Shown here: positions 47,344-52,894 of the stretch, piece after piece | How positions within the stretch are numbered: position 1 is the stretch's first letter | Layout of the letters: every line of letters starts with the position of its first letter | NCBI GenBank assembly: GCA_904063045.1 | Contig: CAJFCJ010000079.1 | Location: 1 to 52,894 of the forward strand | Direction: 5' to 3' | DNA length: 52,894 nucleotides | Origin: Dimorphilus gyrociliatus | Taxonomy: Eukaryota; Animalia; Annelida | The notes under the pieces: model-generated | Seen by the model: the letters and a program-made list of their open reading frames with translations, nothing else | What the model was told of the DNA's origin: nothing | The model's database searches: none | Program-made: the position numbers and the translations under genes

Positions 47344-49196
47344 CAGTGTGTTAAGAAAAAAACTGGACAACCTATTTTTTATTAAAATTCCCACTTTTAG
47401 GAGATATAATAATATATTGTTATATAACCAAAGACTGTTTTTTGACGCAAATTAATATTTTAAAAGTTATTTTGTTTTGATATGGACTAAAACTGTAGTT
47501 TGATCGAATTTTTTTTGAGACTGTTAAGAAAAAAACTGGACACTTTTTTATTTATCAATATGGCCACCTTTTGCTTTATAAACTAGTAAAGCTCGTTTTT
47601 TAAAGATAATACAAGCCTCTGGCACGCACTAATTGGGATGTTATTCCATTGACGCACTATTTCTATCTTTAATTCTTCTTTTGATTTGGATACCTTTTTT
47701 CGATTTTTCTTTTTATGAGTCCCTAAAGATTTTCTATTGTATTGCAATCTGGAGATTGGGCAAGCAAATCTTCTACTCTAATATTATTTTCTATAAAAAA
47801 CTCTTCAGCCAACTTGCTAGTGTGTTTGGGATCATTATCCTGAACAAAAATATAATCGGATAATCCTATTTTGGTATCTGAATCAAATAAACAAGAGCTT
47901 AGCATATTACAATAATAGCCAGCATCCATTTTTACATCTATGAATTAAGAATTCCTACACCTTCATATGAAAACCCCCCCATACCATAACAGACCTTCCA
48001 CCAAATTTTAAAGTTGCTTTAAAATTATCGAGATTGTATCCTGTATTTGGCCGACGCCAAATTTTATTGTTACCATCTGAATTTTGAAGGTTAAATTTAC
48101 ACTCGGCACTAGATATCATCTTCTTTATCTCCTGTTCTGAGGATTTGATCCATCTCTTGCTTGCCTCAAAATGTGAAAGAATATGGCGAGGTTTTAATAA
48201 AGGCTTTTTATGGGAGGATATAAAAAAACATTATTATTATTAAGATATTTACGTGTTGTAACATGTGAAAAACTAGCTCCTATACTTTCTTCGACATTTT
48301 TGGACAACTTCCTACACGAAATATCATCCTTTTTTTGAACTTGATTGAGTATATAATCATTTATAATTGAAGTAAGTTTCGATGGCCTACCATTATTACA
48401 TAAATGCTTATTCGTATTATATTTATAATACTTGTAGACAATGTATGCCACCGAAGACTTTGGAATCTCAAGTATTTCTCCTATTTTTCGATATGATAAA
48501 CCAGATTTAATAAGGCCTATGAGTTCTATCCTTCTGCTTTCTGAATATTGATGTGACATTTTAGGGTATAATAAATACTCTATTAATACTAAAATAGAGG
48601 GAAAACATAAATTAATTAGTGTCCAGTTTTTTTCTTAACAGTCTCAAAAAAAAATTTGATCAAACTACAATTTTAGTCAATATCAAGACAAAGTAATAAT
48701 TGAAATACTAATATATGTTAAAATACAGTCTTTAGTAATATAAAAATATAGGACCAGGGTCGTTTTTTGACCATATAGGGTAAAAAAAGGCTCGGATTTT
48801 TTTTTATTATTTACCCCTTAATAATATGAGAATGAATTTGAAGTTTATTTTACAAATATCACAGAATGACGAAGGTTTAATAAACTTTCTAACTGAAAAG
48901 GGACTACTTACTTCGTAGTTCTATGGTTTGCGGAGCTTGCAATAATATACTTAAAATGGTAAAATATAAAAAAAAATGGCCAAGCTCGGATCTCTTATTA
49001 AAAAACTGTTAACAGTTCCAATTAAATTTAATTTGTTAAAACAATATTTAATTTTTTTATTTGATATGGGAAAAAAAGGCTCGGATGTTGAATATGAGAA
49101 AGAAACGACCCTGCTCCAAAATATATTATTATATCTCCTAAAAGCGGGAATTTTAATAAAAAATAGGGTGTCCAATTTCTTTCTTAACACACACTG
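47344..49196 (-). mobile_element. Tc1-family IR/DR transposon (DD34E), degenerate, with a nested insertion in its TIR
   Basis: The left TIR 47344-47545 has the DR CTGTTAAGAAAAAAACTGGACA. The right TIR is split into 48619-48750 and 49126-49196. TA flanks lie at 47342-47343 and 49197-49198. The ORF fragments are an N-terminal HTH (48194..48559) and QDNDPKH...SPDCNTIE, with 34 residues between D and E. Confidence 0.92.
48751..49117 (+). mobile_element. Non-autonomous Merlin deletion derivative (MITE-like), 367 bp
   Basis: 15-bp TIR GGA(C/G)CAGGGTCGTTT and 8-bp TSD AAAATATA (48743-48750 and 49118-49125). It retains a CCCC-ATG start and the N-terminal transposase remnant ...VCGACNNILKMVKYKK. Confidence 0.88.
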
Positions 49197-49230
49197 TAAT
49201 ATATAGAATCTGTAAAATATAAAGATACCC

Positions 49231-50224
49231 GGTAATGGTGTAAAATTTGGGATGTTTGGGAAATTTTGGGATTTTACAAACAAAATAATTAATAATAAGT
49301 TTTAATAGAAGAATGAGTTTAGCTTCTGAACCTAGGTTTTTATTTTTGCATTTAAAACAAAATTCAGCTATATATAATTCTAGATTCACTCTTTGTTGCA
49401 AATATCTGCACCTTAAAGTTCTTTTAAATCTTTACCAGAGATTTTCGATGTTTTGAGTATGTGCTCCAGTAATAGGGTCAACAAAATTTCTATTGTGGTT
49501 CACATGCTTATGGTAATATGGTTCATCCTCCGTAAAAAAGTGCATATAGATGACCATTCACCACTTATAACTAAAGAATTATCATCGATTGTATCTTTTA
49601 TGACATTTTTTAGTGCGGGTATAGCCCAATTTTCAATGATTTTCAAATAAAATCTACCTGTATTGCGCCCATAACCATTTCTGCTCAACCAATCTACCTC
49701 TATTAAACTTCCTGCGCGCCACTACTATCTCATCTATCTCTACCTCTCCATAGGAACCTAACCTTTCAGATATTTTGTCCATTTCAGCCTTTATTACAGT
49801 TCTTATTAATTTATAGTACTTAAGAACTGTTTTTCGATCAATGTTTGTTTTATATACAACATCAATAACCTTTACTTCATCTAGAAACAGAGTAACGATT
49901 TTGGTAAAATCGCATATAGGTATACCTATTTTTATAAAAACACTTTTTTTTTATAACCAACTTTTTTTTACATTTATTACAAATAAAAAATCACCATCAG
50001 ATCTATGCTTATCTTTTCTCATTGAAAGCTGAGAATCGCGTGTAGTGACAGCCCCTCTGGATACTATTCCTTTTTCAACAAGAAAATAGCGTAAGTCATC
50101 TGCAGCGACTCTATCATTATTAAGAATCTTATTGAGAAACCATCTATTGTTGTTCATAAGGGTCAATTATTTTTTTTGTATAATCTTAAAATTTCCCAAA
50201 CATCCCAAATTTTACACTTTCACC
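49231..50224 (-). mobile_element. Merlin DNA transposon, degenerate, about 50-bp TIRs
   Basis: TIR GGT....GTGTAAAATTTGGGATGTTTGGGAAATTTT..GATT.TACAAA. Fragments read [27 protein letters not shown] and [23 protein letters not shown], and the start is GACCCTT-ATG at 50158. No TSD recognised. Confidence 0.88.
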
Positions 50225-50504
50225 GTGTATGGTAGTACTATATAAATGTTAACTTTTATGCCAAATAAACCAAAATATTCTATTAATATATGTGATAATT
50301 TTCTATTATTAACAAGACTGTTTTCATAGTTTATAAAGCTTGATTTAGTCCATATTATTTTGTGAATTGATTGTGTTTTATTAATTTTTATGTATATGAC
50401 ATGATTTTTGAGCAAGGGATGTTTCCAATTTATATCATACCCCCATATAGTCTATCAATATCATATCTAAATTGATTAAAATAAGCTTTATTATTAACAT
50501 GATC

Positions 50505-51598
50505 GGCTAAGTGAGTTCTCTACCCCCATACATTTATAGACTTCAATTTTAAAATTTTAACCCTTCTTTTCAGAACGAAGTGAAGGAAAAGAAGGGTTAA
50601 AATTTTAAAATTGAAGTCTATAAATGTATGCTGCCTGTTTCTAAATGATTTGTTTTTTATTATAATGAATAGTTAAAGATATTTTGTCAAATAGTTATAT
50701 TAAATTAATATTGATTTAATGAGAAACTCTAGATCAACATTGTTGTTTTTTTTAAGCATATATAAATAAAGAAAAATTTTTATAAGTTTATATGTTCTAT
50801 ATCTAGGTCTTATCATAATTTTTATACCATTCCAAATACCTTCAATAGTATTTGTATGAGCACCTGTAACAGGATCTTTATAAAACTTAGAGTGGTTCAC
50901 TTTTTTATGGATATATCCTAATTTATCCAAATCTTTATATCCTTTCCATGAGTCTGTAATAATGGTTGTCTTTTTTTTTACATATTTTTCAATATAATAT
51001 CGTAGTTCTGTTGATTTTTTTGTTCTCAATGGTAGTGTTATAACTCTACCTGTTTCTTTCTCAACCATTCCTAAAACCCAAACGCCTTCGACTTTATGTC
51101 CTCTATTATATTTGCGTTTACCGAATTTACTTTCGTCTATTTCCACTGTTTTTCCCTCTCCACCAATCTGAGCAAAAGAATTTAGAATAGAGCATTTATT
51201 TTTTCTGTAAAATCTTATTAATACTTTTTAATAGATTTTTTTGTGGTATCTTGGAATGTATTAGCGATTTGATTTTGTACCAATTATAATATTATAAATA
51301 ATGTTGTATATTTTTAGAAATGATAAATTAACATCTGCATAGACAGTTCCTCGAAGTTTTGTTGTTTCAAATTTGCAAAATCTTTATTGCATCTAAAATA
51401 TAGTTGCTTGTTTGCATACCATCGACCACTTCCTTTACATTTATTGCATCTAGTAGCTGTATAGTTTAAATTTAAGTATTTTTTGCAGTTTTTTCAATGT
51501 TTTTAGATTCTTTTTTCAAAATTTTTATCATATTTTTAAGGGTTAAAATTTTAAAATTAAAGTCTATTAATGTATGGGGGTGGAAAACTCCGAGATCC
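50505..51598 (-). mobile_element. Merlin DNA transposon, 1094 bp, 9-bp TSD, 5' half frameshifted
   Basis: About 60-bp imperfect TIR with GG termini and TSD AACATGATC (50496-50504 and 51599-51607). ORF 50700..51146 reads VEIDESKFGKRKYNRG..VEGVWVLG, IITDSWKGY, VNHS and GAHTNTIEGIW. Confidence 0.93.
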
Positions 51599-51652
51599 AA
51601 CATGATCAATATCTTTATTTTTTTCTTTTAATGCTAATTCTATAAATTTTTT

Positions 51653-52643
51653 GGATCAGGGTTAAAAATTTCCCCTATAGGGGAAATTTTTAACCCTAAC
51701 TTTAATATATGACATTTAACTTAGAAAATGAATTATCGCCTATTTTACACAATCAGGCTACTTTAATACAATATTTAAGAAGTAAAGGCATTTTAAAAAG
51801 CATAGTGTTTTGTGATGGTTGTGGTAATATTTTAAAAAGAGTAAAATATAAAAAAACAAGGACAAAGAAGCTCTTAGGTGTTATTTAAAAAGTTGTGATT
51901 CTTTTTTAAAGTATATATCAATCCGTAAAGATAGTTTTTTTGATGGGTTTACTGTAGAGCTGAGAAAGCTTATTATGTGTTGCTATAAATGGTTTTATAA
52001 TGTTGATCAAATCGAGGTGCAAAGAGATCTATGTTTATCAAAAATCACTGTACAAAGTATTTATAAGAAGCTTAGACTTAAGACAGTATGTTATTTAGAA
52101 CAAAATCCCATTAAACTAGGTGGTGAAGGATTGGTATGTCAGGTAGATGAGTCTATGTTTAAGTATAAACAGAAATATCATGTAGGTAGAATACCTAGTG
52201 AAAATAGATGAGTGTTCGGAATTGCAGACACTTCGTTTAAACCAGCTAGGTATTATGTGAAGTTAGTTACTGATCGACGTGCAGTAACCCTATTACCTAT
52301 AATTTCTAGTATATGTCGGAGTGGAACTATAGTATGGAGCGATGAATGGAGTAGTTATAACAACATATCTAGGATAGGATATAACCATGGGACAGTAAAT
52401 CACCATCTAAGATTCATTGACCCAACTACTGGCGTTCATACTCAGAATATTGAGTCTCTATGGAATAAATTGAAACGTAGAATGAAAAAGTTAATGGGTA
52501 GTAGTGGTAATGATCTCAATGAATATTTAAAAGAGTGGATGTGGAAAGATAATATTGGCTTAAAGGATTTTGAAAATGCCATAAATTTAATTAAATTATA
52601 ATTATTAAAATTTTTTAATAGGGGAAATTTTTAACCCTGATCC
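51653..52643 (+). mobile_element. Merlin DNA transposon, 991 bp, transposase with one frameshift and one nonsense codon
   Basis: 26-bp perfect TIR GGATCAGGGTTAAAAATTTCCCCTAT and 8-bp TSD AATTTTTT (51645-51652 and 52644-52651). The ATG is at 51709, there is a frameshift in an A-run at about 51860, and a TGA at 52209-52211 sits where the W of W-V-F-G is expected. Motifs include CQVDESMF, WSDEW and GVHTQNIESLW. Confidence 0.93.
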
Positions 52644-52894
52644 AATTTTTTTATAAAGTAAATTATAGTTTTTGATTTTCATCAGTTAAAAAAGCTATGA
52701 ATGCCAGGTATTTTTGTTGCTGATTCATCTGAATTATTTAATATTACATTGATAAAGTTATTAAATAAAATTTTTTGCTTTTCTATTGAGTTTTAAAAAA
52801 ATCATCTTGTTCGGCAGGTAAATTATACATTAAAACCTCTTTGTTATTATGTTTTACTAAACTTAAGAAGTATTTATTCTTTTTCGATTCTAAA

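Noticed and set aside
48951-49401. ORFs 48951..49283, 48976..49206 and 49153..49401 as genes
   Set aside because: They run across the junctions of the Merlin derivative, the Tc1 TIR and the next Merlin TIR, so they are chance frames over composite non-coding DNA.
14750-52211. Stop-codon reassignment (TAA at Tyr in DHHC, TAA at Glu in LRR 29063, TGA at Trp 52209)
   Set aside because: The three cases imply different amino acids and each is one substitution from the expected codon. Intact ORFs end normally in TAA or TGA.
20932-52643. Bacterial IS1595/ISXO2 elements indicating a prokaryotic contig or contamination
   Set aside because: They are interleaved and nested with Tc1, FLYWCH-MULE, Helitron, DHHC and serpin sequences, and they carry host-type CCC start motifs. 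They are eukaryotic Merlin elements.
1-52894. tRNA, rRNA, telomeric repeats or spliceosomal introns
   Set aside because: No cloverleaf, rRNA-like GC-rich tract or TTAGG(G)n run was seen. The frame breaks are explained by 1-bp indels rather than GT-AG introns.

Overview
Very AT-rich (roughly 75-80% by eye) eukaryotic DNA. It is most likely a gene-poor, transposon-rich region of a microsporidian genome. This is an inference from CCC motifs a few bases before most ATGs, no introns evident in the recognisable genes, secreted LRR paralogues, a serpin and many Merlin (IS1016/ISXO2-like) transposons. Host genes: a secreted LRR gene (11.9-13.3 kb) with a decayed paralogue (17.3-18.6 kb), a DHHC palmitoyltransferase (14.6-15.6 kb), a secreted protein built from about 13 copies of a 147-bp double-LRR module (26.8-29.2 kb), and a serpin (36.5-37.8 kb). 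Every one of these carries frameshifts or stops, mostly single-base indels in homopolymers, so both assembly error and real decay are possible. The first 11.5 kb is a patchwork of dispersed repeat modules, decayed paralogues and three tandem arrays. From 37.9 kb to the end, DNA transposons of four superfamilies are packed and nested: seven Merlin copies here plus an intact one at 20.9-22.0 kb, an intact FLYWCH-MULE, two IR/DR Tc1 elements and a Helitron remnant. Most boundaries can be fixed by TIRs and TSDs. The most unusual observations are four. (1) Three unrelated Merlin subfamilies each carry a fold-back end on one side only (TIR followed by an inverted copy of itself), and the MULE TIRs are built from palindromes. 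(2) One decayed gene is hit by three different transposon superfamilies while its paralogue keeps all three empty sites. (3) Conserved flanking modules enclose variable cargo. (4) The LRR array shows combinatorial module shuffling. I found no rRNA, tRNA or CRISPR array and no clearly new multi-gene system.
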